DNA of 64,000 nucleotides from Trichoplax adhaerens (Eukaryota; Animalia; Placozoa), in NCBI RefSeq assembly GCF_000150275.1, contig NW_002060947.1, positions 5,902,286-5,966,285 on the forward strand. The letters run 5' to 3'. A program made the translations under genes and the position numbers. A model generated the notes under the pieces. The model was not told where the DNA came from. It searched no databases and saw only the letters and a list, made by a program, of their open reading frames with translations. Shown one piece after another: positions 26,501-56,078 of the stretch. How positions within the stretch are numbered: position 1 is the first letter of the stretch; every line of letters begins with the position of its first letter.

Positions 26501-29500
26501 AACCGATGCTGGTTGATATAATGTCCGACCATCATTATGTAATTCAATTTGAGAGCCATCATCTAAGTTTAAGTTATGATTTCCATCAACCTGTACAGTA
26601 GCTTTCGTTCCAGTAGCAAATAAAATTTGGCATGAACCGTCACTACAATTAAAAATTACACCGGCATATCCATTGCATTCAATTTTTCTGTATTTAATTC
26701 TTTCAGTGATCCTATTACCATCTTCATCACGTCCTTTTAGTCGTTCTTCATAATACGTATGAATCCTTGTTCCATCAGGATATTCAACAACTGAACTACC
26801 ATTATCATGGTTGGAAATGATAACGTTGTCTTCTCTTACTCTAACACGCTGGGAAAATAAATATATCAATTTAAATCATTGATTTTAATTTAATTATAAC
26901 AACTCAATCAATCGATACTGATAAGTATACATAGTTTTAAATATAACTCTATACTGTAATTTACTCACTTGATGAGTGATTGGATCAGACATGACGGTAG
27001 AGATAATTTCATCAATTAATTGATGCTGTGTTGAATCTAATCGAGTTGAATAACGTTGCCCTTCCGGACTAATCACTTCCCATTGATTGAACTTTTCTAA
27101 TGCGATTTTATTGAAATGATCAACAGCTGAAATATTAGATACCTTTTTAGAGACACTACGTGAACTTGTTTTCTTTTGTGGTGTATTAGGTACGGCGTCG
27201 CTTGATTTCTGTCCATTTGCTGTAGTAACAGTGCGAGGAAAATTAATGCTACCACTAGCAGATTTACATATCACACCATGTGGCATTAAAACCTGTATAC
27301 TGCCATCAACCATTAACTTAATGACATTGCCGTCATGAGTAAATGTTCGACCAATTTCCTCCTTCGTTATTTGAGATTTGAGTGCTTCACACACATGATA
27401 GCCATTCGATTTGTCAGTATAGAACTGGCGAACTATAATGCCAAGATTATTGTTGCTACTACCGTCTTCATTGCTTAATTTATCATTAACGGTTGCTTGA
27501 ATATGAAGACCATCAGGACAGGACATAAATAAACCTTTAACTTGCTCTTTGAAACTATGATTAGAGGTAGGATTATTTAATTCACCTTCTGTTCTACTAT
27601 CTTGATGAATGAATGTATCAAATGCTGACGGTGTCGGTTGCGATTGCGATTGCTGTGATTGTTGCTGCCTATCTTGCTTGTCTTGATTATGTTTTCGACT
27701 TTTCACTGGCGAGATGGTTGGTGTAGGAGCTGCAGTATGAGATCCTTGATCATAGTTATTAATTCTGATTCGTCATCACGCTCCGTAATTTCTCGTTTAC
27801 CGTGACCACCAAATCGGCTATAGGAAATAGTAATACCGTCACGAAGATGAGCAATAAATGAGCCAAACTTACAAGGTGGTATAGGCTGATTTTGATCATC
27901 CTGAGCATTTTTATCTTGATTCATTAATCCGCTATCTTTCATCTCAGGATTATCTGCATCATGAGATTTATTGTGCTCTGAAGTATTTCCATCGTTATTC
28001 GATTCTTCGTCTTCTTCGTTATGAGGGTCAACAACGTGGACAACAAAATGATGACCATCTTTATACACTGAAGTTTTAACGTACAGGGTTCCGTGAACAT
28101 AACTGGTCCTTTCTGATCGTATTAAGCCATCATCGCATGGCAACTGCGTTGCTTGACAACCAGAAACTCGAACCATTTGATTTCCGAGATCATAACCTAA
28201 GAATTTTTCTTCACACTCGTCATCGGTTTTTTCGATATCAATATCTCGATTGAGCTCATCTTTAACTGGTGTTTCTGATCGTACTGATGAATCCACTGTC
28301 ATACTTTTAACAGATTCAGGTAAACTAACACGCCGATTATTGCTAGCACCTCGTTTACTACCCGTACCATGAGATGGAAATTGTGCTTCTTTCTCAGTTA
28401 ATTTCTCGTTTTTAGTTTGCAATTTCAACTTAGACACAGACTTCTTGTTCATTGAATTTCCAAATTGTGGTGAAGGCGTACGTCGCTCTGGAGTTTTTCT
28501 TTGTTCGGTATGTGGACTTCGTCGAGCAGTACTGCGCTTCGTTCTAGCCCTTTTACTACTTTCCATACTTTCTGCTATTTCAGCTTCTTTAATACTTGCT
28601 CGTGAAATCAGCTCTTGCTTCGGCGGTAAAGGCATAGCAGGTTGAACAACAACCGATACGGTTTCGGCTTGAGCAGTATTTAATGCTTCGGTGGCTGCTA
28701 TTTCCTTTTGTACCTTCTCCGATACAATATCGCCAATATCTTTAGCTACATATTCTAGATAGTTGCGAAAGCCAACATTGGAGTGTAAGCTGTAATCCCA
28801 ATTAGTTAAGTGCTGTTGTCGTTTACCAATGGGATTATGCATAACCACAAGTAGAGTATTATCGCGTCGATTATGATAAGTGTCCACATGCGATCTTAAT
28901 TCCTGAGCTTCACATAATACCTGTACCATGCTATCAGCTTGATAGTGTTCAGCGTAAAGCCAATTGTCGAAATCATGCTGATTTTCATCCAAATGATGAT
29001 CATTATTTTGAGTGGGAAATAAATATGGATCGTCCCAAGGTAAAATGATAGGTTTAACGTCTTTACTGTCCTGAACAATCTCTTGATCATCAACACTAGT
29101 TAAGCTAACGTTTTCAAATGTAGCTTGTTTTAAGATGCGATTAAGTGAGTCTTCAGTTAGCGATACTTTTGTACAAAAATGCTGAAGTTGATGAGCTCTT
29201 GAAGCTCGATCCAAAACACAACGTTGAGAAGGTACCTGAAATTGCGAGAGGCGGGCAACTGGTAATTTTCGTAGCATCTCTAATTCCGCCTCATGTGGAA
29301 TAATATTGTTTAAGCGAGCCAAATGGTAATAACGTTTTAATGCTTCATCACCATGACGAATAACTACGGGAGGAATTTCTACTTTGTTGTCCTTCGACCA
29401 TACACTTGTATCATTGATAGTAGCATTATCTGTTATGGACTAAATGAAAATATTATTATACTTTACTCATTTGTAATAATTTCAACAATGTCAATAAAAG

Positions 29501-32379
29501 CTATATTTAAATCTAGAAAATTGTAGGCATAATTATAAGTAAATTATTCTTAGCTACAGTAGCCATAATAACATTTATACCTTTACGATAGGCTCGGATA
29601 AGCCCAAACCGCGAATAGCATTATCAAAATAGTCCATAACGGAAGCCTCTGCAGCGCCATTTTCGTCGCGTGTAACTGCAGTTGCTGCTGTTGATGGAGG
29701 TGGTGCGGCAGGATAATTAAAAGCTGTATTATTTAAAGAAGCTGCAATTTCGCTTTCATCGATCGCGATGCTTACCTAAAGTTATATATACATCAAGTAT
29801 ACAAATAATTACCGTACTGCACCGATTCAAAATCTAGAGCATGCAATCTAATTATGAATACCACGATTGCTAAGAACGCGTAAATCCTATAATTATTGAA
29901 TAATTCATTCTTAAAATTTAGTATTACCTGCTCCAACATGGCATACATAATTAAAGGCACAGTAACACTTTCCGTTGGAACTGAGTTGAGAATATCGTTA
30001 TAATAACGCATATCAACATCAGCGGTAACTGAATCATTAACAATATTTTGTGTGCCGTTGAGATCTCCTGAATTGTTAGTCGGAATTCGGATCAAATTGA
30101 TCATTTTTAGATATTCTTGGTATTCTCGACGCCGAAGCAACATATTATAGCATATATTAGCAATTTGATCAAACATTTTCAGCCCAAATTCATTCTGAAA
30201 TAACATCAATAAAGCAGCTATTGTTTAGTGATATCATAATGCTGCATATTACTAATATAAGTAAGCAGTTTGCCAATATTTTTAACCTTCTTTTCAATAT
30301 TTTGATAATCAACCGGGAATAAAGACTTTTTAATTTCTACTTCAAAGGATGCTAAATCATGTAACTTGGCACTAGCAAAGGACTGCAGTACCACAGAATC
30401 CAGTTCTTTCCAGAATTTTTTCGATTTTTGTTCCATCTGTTTATCAATGTCATCCTTGCTATGATCTATAGTATTTTACGCAGTCGGTATTAGTATACAA
30501 CAATTGTTTTAAACTTAAAGAATAGCCTACGTTACCCTAAAAATCCCTTTAATACTAATATGTTTCACACATACATGTATATAATATTATGTGAGATATA
30601 AAGCAGCAATTACCTTCGGTTGTAACATTTTGCACATTTGAAGTTTCAGCTAATTTATAAAGTTGTTCAAATGTTTCATAATCGTCCGACCGAACTTTAA
30701 TAGTGGCATCAATCGGTATATTACTTTCAGCGCAATATGCTAAGACAGCAGATTCACTGAAGCCGTGGATAATGACGTAAGCTTGAGGTCCATATTCTGG
30801 TTCATCATCTGCCGTAGATAAAGTGAAGATTAAATTATGAGAACAAAGGATATAACTAGTTAATAGGAGTATAAGCTTGGCAAAATTCTAAAGTCAGTCC
30901 ACTTATAAATTGATAATTCCAGTTACCGATGGTTTGAAAGTTATCCTCCTTTTCGCCTCGCCTCTTTAGTTTAGTTTCCTTCTTAAGTGGCATTGGTACT
31001 TCTCGTTGTATATCGCGCTTTTTAGCAGGAGAACGACTTCTTCGGCTAGAAATAGGTTTCTTGCCTTTCGTATCTACCCTATCTTGACGCACATTGTTTC
31101 TATTCGCCAATTCTGCGACCTATAATTCATAATTCATAATTCATAAATAGTTTTCACTTAGTCAGTGAATTAGAAGTCATTTTGAAAGCAAGTACGGATG
31201 CCTGGATTCCTACTTTTCGTTCCGCTTCGCGTTTAGCAATATCTTTAGTCTTTATCTGAATCAGCTTAAATTTTATTAATCTTGATTGTAAATGAGGGCT
31301 AATTTCATCTCCATTATCCAGAATTCCCTTAACATGCTCACAGATTTCGACAAATTGTGGTAGGTCACGATTTGATCCCTTTCTGACTTTACCACCTAAT
31401 TCTCTAGCCTAAATGCATATTTCAAGGTTTTTACAAGCAATTATTACCAATTTAACTTTACCATACATATTCATTAATTAAATATCAATTGATGGCTAAC
31501 GATACTGTACCTGATTTAGAACGTCGTCCTTAGATATAGCGTAAAATTGTTTGCGAATACCGGTAGCAATTGCGGAATGTAATATATTGATATGCTTAAA
31601 ATCTTCCGTTCGATCACCAACTACAAAGAATAAAGCTGCTTTCCAATCATCCTGATGGTAAATATGATTATTTGTGTCAATAAATGATAAGCGTAAAAAT
31701 ACACAACAGTATCTTGATAGGATATTGATCCATCTCTACTACAGTACACCCAGATTATAAGAGACTAAGAGTAATAGCATTAGTATAATTTCGATAAATG
31801 ATAACTTAAAGCAAATGAAATCATGCTTCTAACAATTATCGTATTCACAGAGTCAAACAACGACAGTGACCATTCCCACAAACATTAAGATCACAACGTC
31901 TTGGCGTACTAAATACTATTAGGTAATATGATTACGTATACAATTTAACATCTCTATTGCTACACACTCAAATTATAAGAGACTAAGAGTAATAGCCTAA
32001 GTATAATTTTGAAAAATGATAAATTGAAATAAAAGCAATTGTACTTCTAACGATTGTCATGTTCACAGAGTCAAGTAATAACAGTGACTATTTCCAGAAG
32101 CATTATGATCACAGCATCTGGACGTACTAACTGCTATATTAAGTGATATACTGTAATTGCGTATACACATTAATATCGATTAGTAAACTCGTTGTAACTA
32201 TGACTATCGTCATAATTCAGTTAACATGTTAACATAGTATTAACATCTACGTTCATAATTCTAACTATTGAACAAACACTGATATACCATATTACCTCGT
32301 TTAGATTATAATTGACTAGTTGCGAATCCCATCTGCCTATACCGGCAGAACCACTCTTCTGTCGTGGTTTCTTGGACAT
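23587..32379 (-). CDS. SPAG17: Sperm-associated antigen 17 (PF6 ortholog, central-pair C1a projection protein), multi-exon
   Basis: N-terminus MSKKPRQK...WDSQLVNYNLNE|DDWKAALFFVVG...RLIKFKLIQIK; KKETKLKRRGE; DMRYYNDILNSVPTESVTVPLIMYAMLEQ; LHSNVGFRNYLE; C-terminal FEVYPDCVEFGVLKEGYMY...QPPPSTGLKASFQPGP|LAVGM...HELEVVTESNILYIPISA|VVLTT. All match recalled SPAG17 motifs. TAG stop at 23587-23589. Confidence 0.92.
23709..23895 (-). other. U12-type (minor spliceosome) AT-AC intron in SPAG17
   Basis: 5' splice site ATATCCTTTT; branch site TTTTCTTAAC about 10 nt before the terminal TAC|. Removal gives in-frame ...PISA-VVLTTAEF. Confidence 0.88.
31754..32175. repeat. About 218-bp tandem duplication in SPAG17 intron 1
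   Basis: attataagagactaagagtaatagc...ttcacagagtcaa...acagtgac...cgtactaa occurs at about 31754 and 31973. Confidence 0.85.
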
Positions 32380-32532
32380 TGCTTCAACAAATTATATTCA
32401 TGAAATACTGACAAGAAATAGAAGCAATTCTAATTCACTATGTATAAAACTAGGATAAATTCGCTTAAGAGTTTGGATGAGATCAGTGGGTTGCATTGCC
32501 TTTCCTATACTGTATCATAAATAAATGTTCTT

Positions 32533-32545
32533 GTTGCTAGGCGAC
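32533..32545. promoter_or_regulatory. RFX X-box motif upstream of SPAG17
   Basis: GTTGCTAGGCGAC about 155 bp upstream of the SPAG17 ATG; matches the RFX palindromic consensus (GTTGCYAKGCAAC-like). Confidence 0.65.
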
Positions 32546-32654
32546 CGAGAAGAGTCTTTTCGCGTAAAGGCCATTGTTATGTAAATTACGCAGCCATAGT
32601 TACCATCATGGCCAGACGAATCCTACTGCGCAAGCGTAGGTAATTTCTCCAATT

Positions 32655-32661
32655 GTAAACA
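32655..32661. promoter_or_regulatory. Forkhead (FoxJ1-type) motif near the X-box
   Basis: GTAAACA, 110 bp from the X-box; a short motif that is common in AT-rich DNA. Confidence 0.35.
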
Positions 32662-34488
32662 AGTCCTTTCTATCTGTCCGTATTATTCCACGCATGGACA
32701 TTGAACAATTGGACATTGGACAGTAATGAACTCCTACCACCTTGGCTCTTGGATTGAAATATAGTAATCAGACTGCTTATAACTGCTAGCTAATAAATGA
32801 TAGAACATTATTATACGTTCCCCAGCAGTTTTAACAAGATAATATGGCTTAGCTATGAATTAGATAAACGCAACATTGATCATCAGGTTTATAATGTCCA
32901 AAGGAGTTCCATTGCGACAGCAACTGCATTCGTGATATATAACATATGTCACATATTATACCAGCATATATTAATGAATTTAAATTATAATTAACAATTT
33001 CACTGCAATAATTCCTTAATGGAGTAATAGTGCTACTGTATTATTATCTAGCTGTTGATGTTATGCTCGTTCTCTCCATGCATAACTTTTCAATATCTGG
33101 CATAACGTCAATAAGGAAATATTACATAGTGTCAACTATAGCTCAAGAAAGTGTAAAAATTTAAATTAATCAGATCTCTAGATTACATTCGTATTGAAAA
33201 CATGAAATGAGACACTAAATAATGATCTACCGAAATTAACATCTACGCGTATACAAAGCATTATCTTGCTTATTACTAGATCTCGAGCAGCTATGATATT
33301 GAGAAATAAGATAAAATATAAATGTTCCAGAAAGCGATTTAACATACTCTACTTAAGGCTCCTTGCATCGTAGATCCAATGTAAACGCCCATAAAATGCG
33401 AAAAATCTTAAAATACGATAAATTATAATCTTTACTGCTGCCTACAAGTTATGAAAAGTGCTAAATGCTACGTTACTTTACGAACAATTCATAGCACTAC
33501 AATCAGAAGATGCTAGTTATACGCTATAATTTTCATATGTTTACTAGAATTAAATGATGTGAGGCTTAGAAAGTGATCACACACAGTGCAGTGTTAATCA
33601 GTAAATATCCCAGATATGTAGAACATGTACCTGCGCCATAGATGATAGACGTTTGACTCGATAAATAACTAATAAACCTGAACTTATATCTTCTGCTGTA
33701 ATTAAAAAGAACATAAACCGTACCGTATAGTGACGTATGCTACAGTAATAGCGTTGACAATATTCTAGTTTCTCCAAAGTATGGTATTTAAATGACGGAA
33801 AATTTAGCATTTTAAGTCGCTTCAGCAGACCGTACGAAGCCTATAGTCAAGAAACAGCCGTTACTTGAATCTTTACTACAATATGACTCAAAAGTAATAG
33901 TTAGCTCTCTTTCGTTATTTTTAAAAGTATCAGTTTATTAATCAATAAACATTTAGAGGTTATAGCATTTCTCACAGTTTCCACAAAAAGAAATTGGAAA
34001 TGTCAAATTAAAGTGGCTCACCAACATGATAAAATCAAATTAGTAACCCAATTTCTTAATAAAAGAGGGCTACAGTAGAAAGCTAATTCTGGATTATTAA
34101 AGTGGAAAACCAACTTTAAAATACGATCAGAACCTAACAATCTAGGACGAAATTAATTACCCTTGGATAAACATATACCATCAGATCAGATTACTTAACA
34201 TTTAAGATCTCGCTTACTTCAAAAGTAATTAAATTTCTTCTGTTTGCTCAAGTCAGCAACACACTATCCTATCTCATAATAGCACTGAAGAATCCTATGG
34301 TGATGCTATATTTGATGATACTCATTTATTTATTGAGATTTTCTACCACTCTATTTCTAATCTAGATTCCAAAATGATCCTTTGATATAGTTTAAATATA
34401 TTCTAATATAAATTATAAATAGGGTAAGAAAACTAAATCATTAAGATTAATGTGATTGTACTGCTGAATGAATTCATTAGATGATGAT

Positions 34489-42030
<7,542 letters not shown>

Positions 42031-45000
42031 TTTGCCTCTCTTTCTTCTATCGATCCTGGATAGTTGCACTAAGCAGAAAATAAAATAAAATTGGTCAGCG
42101 CGTGCTTAAAGTTAAATAAATTCGGGCAGACCTCTAATGTAAATAATACTTAATAATAATGATCAGATAATATTGAGTCATCAAGAACGTCATAGATTTA
42201 AACTTTGGTTACTGACTATTGCTCCTGCTTAACGAACTGAAATTCACTTAGACTAGTGCAAGTACATCTTGGTACCTTGACACTGGGACCTCATGCAGAG
42301 CTAATGTAAACTAAGCCTGAGGTGATATAGCTGAGAGCGACTGCTGCGTTATTCCGATATGATCACGTATGGTATAATTCTTTTCTAGACTATGCCATAA
42401 GCAAGGAAATTGTATGAGGTCAATTTCTTGTTGTGAATCTTATAAATTTTTTACTATCGATTTCTTTTATAATATGACCTTATAATGCCGTAAGAAACCT
42501 ACTCCAAGTACCGGCAAATTAGCATCGAATTGAATTCAGTAAAACAGCATTCTAAAAAATATTAAAGACGTTGCATGACAGCCAGATCTCTATTATGATT
42601 TGATAGAGAGCTTAGAAGTTTTGAAAGCACTCCATCATAATATCTATTTGTATTCATAATAGTCAAATATTATTGACTGGTGTATGTTTCAAACTAAATT
42701 GCTAGTGCTAGTCTCTTGTACTCTTGAAGTAATATTAGTAATTATGAACCTTGCTTGCAAAGTATTTTAATTATATTTCGTTGTATATCCTGTGTTCAAC
42801 CATAATGATTTCCTGGAAATTACAGTGCGCTAGCACGTGCTATTCTCAGTCTATTTGGGAAGTAATGTACACATTAGGAATATAAAGTCGCAAAGATCGA
42901 TTTATTTATACAGCAGATCTGTCTAGTATCAACATAATTGCAAGAAAAATTAAAATTGTTTTTTCTTACCCAAAGTAAAATTGGTTTGATAGACTGTAGA
43001 TTATTAAACATTCATTAAAGGTTAATGTCAGCTCCTATATAGCAAATAATCTGGATATATCGAGCATACCTTCAATGTAACTATAAAATATACTATTTCA
43101 TATGCAAAATATACATTTTAGATTTACAATTGATTATAATTACGTTTGCAATGAATTTTCTAGCAAAGGTACCGTGGCTAAGCCTAAAAAAGGAATCTTA
43201 CAGAACACTGACCTTCTTTAATTATACTTACTCATTTACTTCCTGACTTCTTTACCATGTCAGATATTTTAAATTGTTACTGCTCTTTTCATTGCAATTT
43301 CATTGACTACGATATGGTATAATATTATTTCTTATAATAAATTATAATTAAGAATTAATTAATAGTTCATTAGCGTTGAAAAAGTCACTGTCAAATGACA
43401 GTACTTTACAATCCTAATTTATACATGTGCCTATTACCCGCAAGATGAAAGATATTTTCAGCTACAAAATCAAAGTAAGCTACTTAATAAAAACTAGCAT
43501 GTAGCTAAATTGGGTACAGTCAAAGCCTATCCATAAACTGAAGACTCCCAAAATTGTCTCTGTACTGCTTGTTCCATATTAAATTGAATGTAGCTAGCAA
43601 TAGAAACATGATTTTTAACTAGTTAGACTATCGAAAGTAACTACAAATCCAGAATATCGGCGTAACGAGAGATACTCATGTTATCTATTGTATAGTCCTT
43701 ATTTATACATATATATATATATATAATCAAACTAGCATCGAAATGCATCTTTAAATAGTCGCAAACTCTTAAGTAACTACTGTAATGGTGGATTAATTCG
43801 GTATAGTTGATTTCGGAATTTTTTGATTTTAATTTGGTAGAATAGTATTCACTGTTATACTGCAGCATTAGTATACTAGCTTAATAAATTCTTCTTAATT
43901 CGGTAGTTACTAGAACTACCTAGAGTAGATTTTAACCTTGTTGTCGCTAATGGACTAGATGAAGTATCGACGATTCAGAATAAAAGGTATTTATCCTGTG
44001 AGTGAAATACGTAGCTCCGGTATAATTTTTCCTTTGGCGTTGACTTTTTAAAACCCACTTTTACAACTACAAATCCATCAGCTGGTATAGTTGGAGCTCA
44101 TAACCATATGGAATCAATGATAACATCACAGTATACAGTCTAGTCTATGCTCTTACATTAGCACATTCACGTAAGAAGTGTGAAATGGAAGTAGAGATGG
44201 ATGAATTTGTGCTTTATTCCCTTCCAAATGATATGATGATATACGAGTGTGACGATAGCGAACTGAAAGCATAAAATCTATTAACTAATTAAGCTATTAA
44301 AGTATATTCTATACATAGATATATTAATTATTATGAATATGTGCCAGCTATTGTGATTGTTGTAAGGGATTGTTCATAAATAAAAAGTGGAGCTGAGTAG
44401 ACGACCGGAAGAGTAGTAGTAAGCTGTATAAAATGAGTTAAAAAAGCTAACAGTATAGTAGCATGGACTACACGTTGATCATGAAGTTGTTAGTAGGATA
44501 AAAGGTAGGGTAGTACTTATTATATCAGCACGGAGACCAAGATTTAAAGAGCAATTCCAATTAATATCAAGTTACGAGGTAGTTTTAGCAGATCAACGAA
44601 GGTACAGCATCCCCATTTTATATTATCTCCCTGTGTCACAACCTCTATCAAGACAACGAGTAACGCTTATAATACTAAAAGCAATCCAGAATGTACAGTA
44701 ATCAACAATTAATTAATTTTTATTTCGCCGGTCTATGATCTCGAAGCGGAATTTCAATCCTTTTAATCATCGAAAAAATTATGCCAGTTCTAAACAAAAT
44801 ATTTACCGAACGAGGCAAATTAATTCTCCAGTTAGACTGGTACCATAGCAGCAATTAGGTGCTAGCTGAAAATTTTACACAAAGAGATCACGATATTTTC
44901 TACAATAACAGAGATTAGTCACGTCAATAATATATAGTCATAAAATATTCCGCAGTAAATTTTAGGTTTTTATTGCTACAGTCTAAATTAACGAGAAGTT

Positions 45001-46340
45001 GAACATACTGTAAAACAGTCATGATGATACTATAGCAGCTGAAGTAATTCATGCTTTTATAAAGTAAAGTTGAGCTAAACTTGGTTTTGCGATCTAAATA
45101 GTGTTGTAGCTACGATTTAACATAACTGAGATATTCAAAATAAAATTATCGCGTATGCTATGGTATCTGAAATGAATTGTCTGATTAAAAAAGTGGATAC
45201 GAAATCTTTTATAGTCCCGCTTTACCTTTAGTAACTACTATCTGATAATACAATAATTAAGAATTCCACGTAGAGGTTATAATAAATCAAATTAAAACGT
45301 CAGTAAATCGTGCTGCTAACTATGCAAGGACCGTATGAAATCTGATATACAGCAATTGCATTTTAAGCCTTCATCTGATCTGATAGTGACTAAAAATTTC
45401 GTATGGCAATGCAAATATTTTATAGTAACAGTAACAATTCACGTTACGGATATGTAAATAAAAGATTTTTCGTACCAGAATTTACGATATATTACTGTGA
45501 GCACGCAGATCTGTTCTAGTATTAGTTCGAATATTTGTTGAAGTAAGAGAAAGTCATTAAAAACATTCTAGTTATAATCTAGTTTTGGTTCAATACTTTA
45601 CATGTAATCCATAATGTAAAATAATTGCAAAGAAATTGTAAACTCTAGTTGTTCGATCAATAATTTGCACAGTCTTGCTCATGAATCTCATTAATTTAAA
45701 TCTGTGGCAAGAATAGAAGTAGATGCTTCCAGTTAGTACGATTTCATATGACCACACAAAGTATCAACGCTAATAAGATATTGGACTGGATCAAAACCCA
45801 TAGATTTATTAAATTTTCAATGAAATTATTTTAAATATATCACTTGAAAAAACTCAAACTATAGCTAACTTAAAGTAACTATTTCAACTTAAATTCACAA
45901 AAGTTTCAGTTCACAAAGCAGACTTGAATTACACCGTGTGATCGATCACATTTACATTATCTATTTTGTGAAGCTGATTTCATAACAAATTCCGATATAT
46001 GATATGCCAACACTTGCTATAACTTCCTCAGAATAAAATTATTCAACGTTAATAGAGTACTAGCACCTAAATAGAGCTAGTAAATCCAGGAATTTAGTTT
46101 CTTCTATCGTAATATAATCTCCCCGAAACTTCATTGAACGATATGAGTAATTAAGCCATGCAAATCAGCACTTTAAACTACCTCAGTTCATTAACATAAT
46201 TATTAATCGATTTGATATGAAATAAAAGAATTAAAGTAATGATCATAATTCAATATCATATTATTGCAAACATAGTTGCATAATTTAAAACTAGAATAAG
46301 AATTACGCGATACAAGAATTTAAGTACGAACTAGAGGTGT

Positions 46341-53777
<7,437 letters not shown>

Positions 53778-55479
53778 GGTGGTTTCTAGCGATAACTGGA
53801 AATTTTTCAAAGTATAATTCAAACTGGTATTCGATGAGGATAATTACTAATATTAAACTTGCCGATCAGTTTATTAATTGTACTTTGTGTGCAAAGTAAT
53901 TGCATCCAAGAGTAATTAATTACTCTGCACAGAATTCTATTTAGCTGCAGAGATTGAATGTTACAGTGTACAAACAAGGATCAGCCCAATTCTGATCTTG
54001 CAGAATAGACTGAGGAGGAAGCGAGGTCTTGGACAATATTAACTTGTACGAGAAGTAGCTACCGCAGCTTTGATAGAAGAGTTCTATTGGTCATTAATTC
54101 ACAGTCACGTTATAAGACTTCAATTTAGCCGTATCGTCTATTTCTATTGCCTAGGGTTGTATTGGCAGGATATTATCTCACTCATAACCGAAGTTGTTTA
54201 TCTAATGTTTGACATCAATTGTTTAGGTGTTTACATTAGGAAGAATATCCCAGAAAATGAGAATCATCTGATTATGTCTTGACAGTTTATTATTCACTTT
54301 TACTGTCAATGTATTCCAATTAAGGATGACAGAAAAATATTAGCAAGAATTAAATCGTATATATTCTTAACCTAATAGAATCGGAATTAGACAGGAGCTT
54401 CTTCTGTCTGATAATATTGACAAGAAAATAATAATTAGAACCGGCTAATACCACATTAAGCTTTACAACATTACATAGATATAGAAAAATCCAATTTTAG
54501 CTCGTAGCAGGATATCAAATCATGATTGATAGGTGAGCAATCAATAGAGAAGCATTTAATGCACTTATCTACGAATTAGCATTAAAAGATTTAGCCAATC
54601 ACTTCTACTTTTTCACGATGATTATAATATTATTCACGGCTTTTCCTCGTGCTCATGATTGAGTCAACACTTCCTTTTGTATTATCACGCTAATATTCAA
54701 ATGTCAATTTTTCGAATTGACATATTGTTATCAGTAATGTTTAGACGAAATATGAGTTATTAAGCTTCTCAAGCAAAGACTTAGTTACCCAAATGAAAAT
54801 TTACAGTTTAATTCGATGATGATTCAGAATTGCATTATGATGATCTAAATGATGCTTAAGGTCAATCTATATTTGTCTATATCATCACTTTACTACCGCA
54901 ATTTTACGTTTTCATATATTCAAATAAAGAAATAGTACCACTACAGTATGATAGACCTTCATGACAAAGCTAACAGGTTTCTGTCAGTCTTGACAAATCT
55001 ATCACGTAAGCTATTTACATAAGCAACAATGTCTCGTCAATCAAAATGCCAAGATGATTTTATCATGATTATTTTTTTACAATTTATTCATACCAATTGT
55101 TTAAAGTTGATACACAAGTATCCTTGATAGATATACTAATAGACTACTTTTAGTTCTAATTCTTGCGGCAGGAAATGGGTACAAACTAGGTTATAATATG
55201 AAATAAAACTCTAATATGATCCTAGTCCCATTCTCCGGATCTTTTTGATTTAATATATTAACTGTTCACCGGTATATTATCCATCGTAAATCAATTTTTT
55301 ACTCGGCTCTGCTAGTAAGCAGACAATATCTTAAAAACTACACCAATCAATCTTGATGCCAGGTACAGCTAAATGTTGTTAGGCGACGTTATTCCTATTT
55401 TTATATATTAGTCAACTTAATAAAAAAATGCTGACTTAACCCTACATTATATAACGCCATTCTTTAGTTAGTTAGATAT

Positions 55480-56078
55480 AATAGAATATAAGTGTATTTT
55501 GATCGTAAAAATATAAAGTGGCCAAAAGTACATAGTTACCGTGATCATGTTTATCCTTTACAACAATGATAATTGCTTTTTCTGTCCATATCTTATTGAG
55601 CATGATCATATATTTTAAAACTAGACTACGTATATGGAATATAAGCGAATTTCCGATAGTAAAAATTATAGAGTCCAAATTGAAAAGTTAAAATGATCGT
55701 ATTGATCTACCATAATCGCGATAATTGCTGTTTTTGTCATAATCTTATTGACTATGATAATATCTTTAGGAACTAGAATATACCGTATCGAATATAGACG
55801 AATTTCGATGGTAAAAAGTATGAAGTAGTCCAAATTACAAAGTTAAAATGATCATGTTTATCCTTTATAACAACAGCAATTGCTAGTTGACTATGATAAT
55901 AATATATTTAAAAGCTAGACTATATCGAATATAATCTAACCTCGATGGTGTAAGAGTATAAAGTATTCTAAATTGCATACTTAAAGTGATTATGTATATC
56001 CTCTAAAGTAACGGCAATTACAGCTTTCCATGTGTATCATAATGAGTATGATAATATATTTAAAAACTAGACTATATT
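55480..56078. repeat. Degenerate tandem repeat, about 4 units of 140-155 bp, between GH31 copies C and B
   Basis: Recurring blocks tgatcatgtttatcct, aattgc, atgataatatattt, aaactagacta, gaatata, cgatggtaaaa. Confidence 0.8.

Noticed and set aside
29581-29777. AG|GTAAGC recursive-splice-like site at the start of a 195-nt symmetric SPAG17 exon
   Set aside because: GTA encodes a Val that appears conserved, and the flanking introns are short; no support for recursive splicing.
44185-44274. 29-aa acidic small ORF MEVEMDEF...ELKA and a nearby ATGATGA...CTGA pair
   Set aside because: No homology recognised; the box spacing is too short for a snoRNA; expected by chance.
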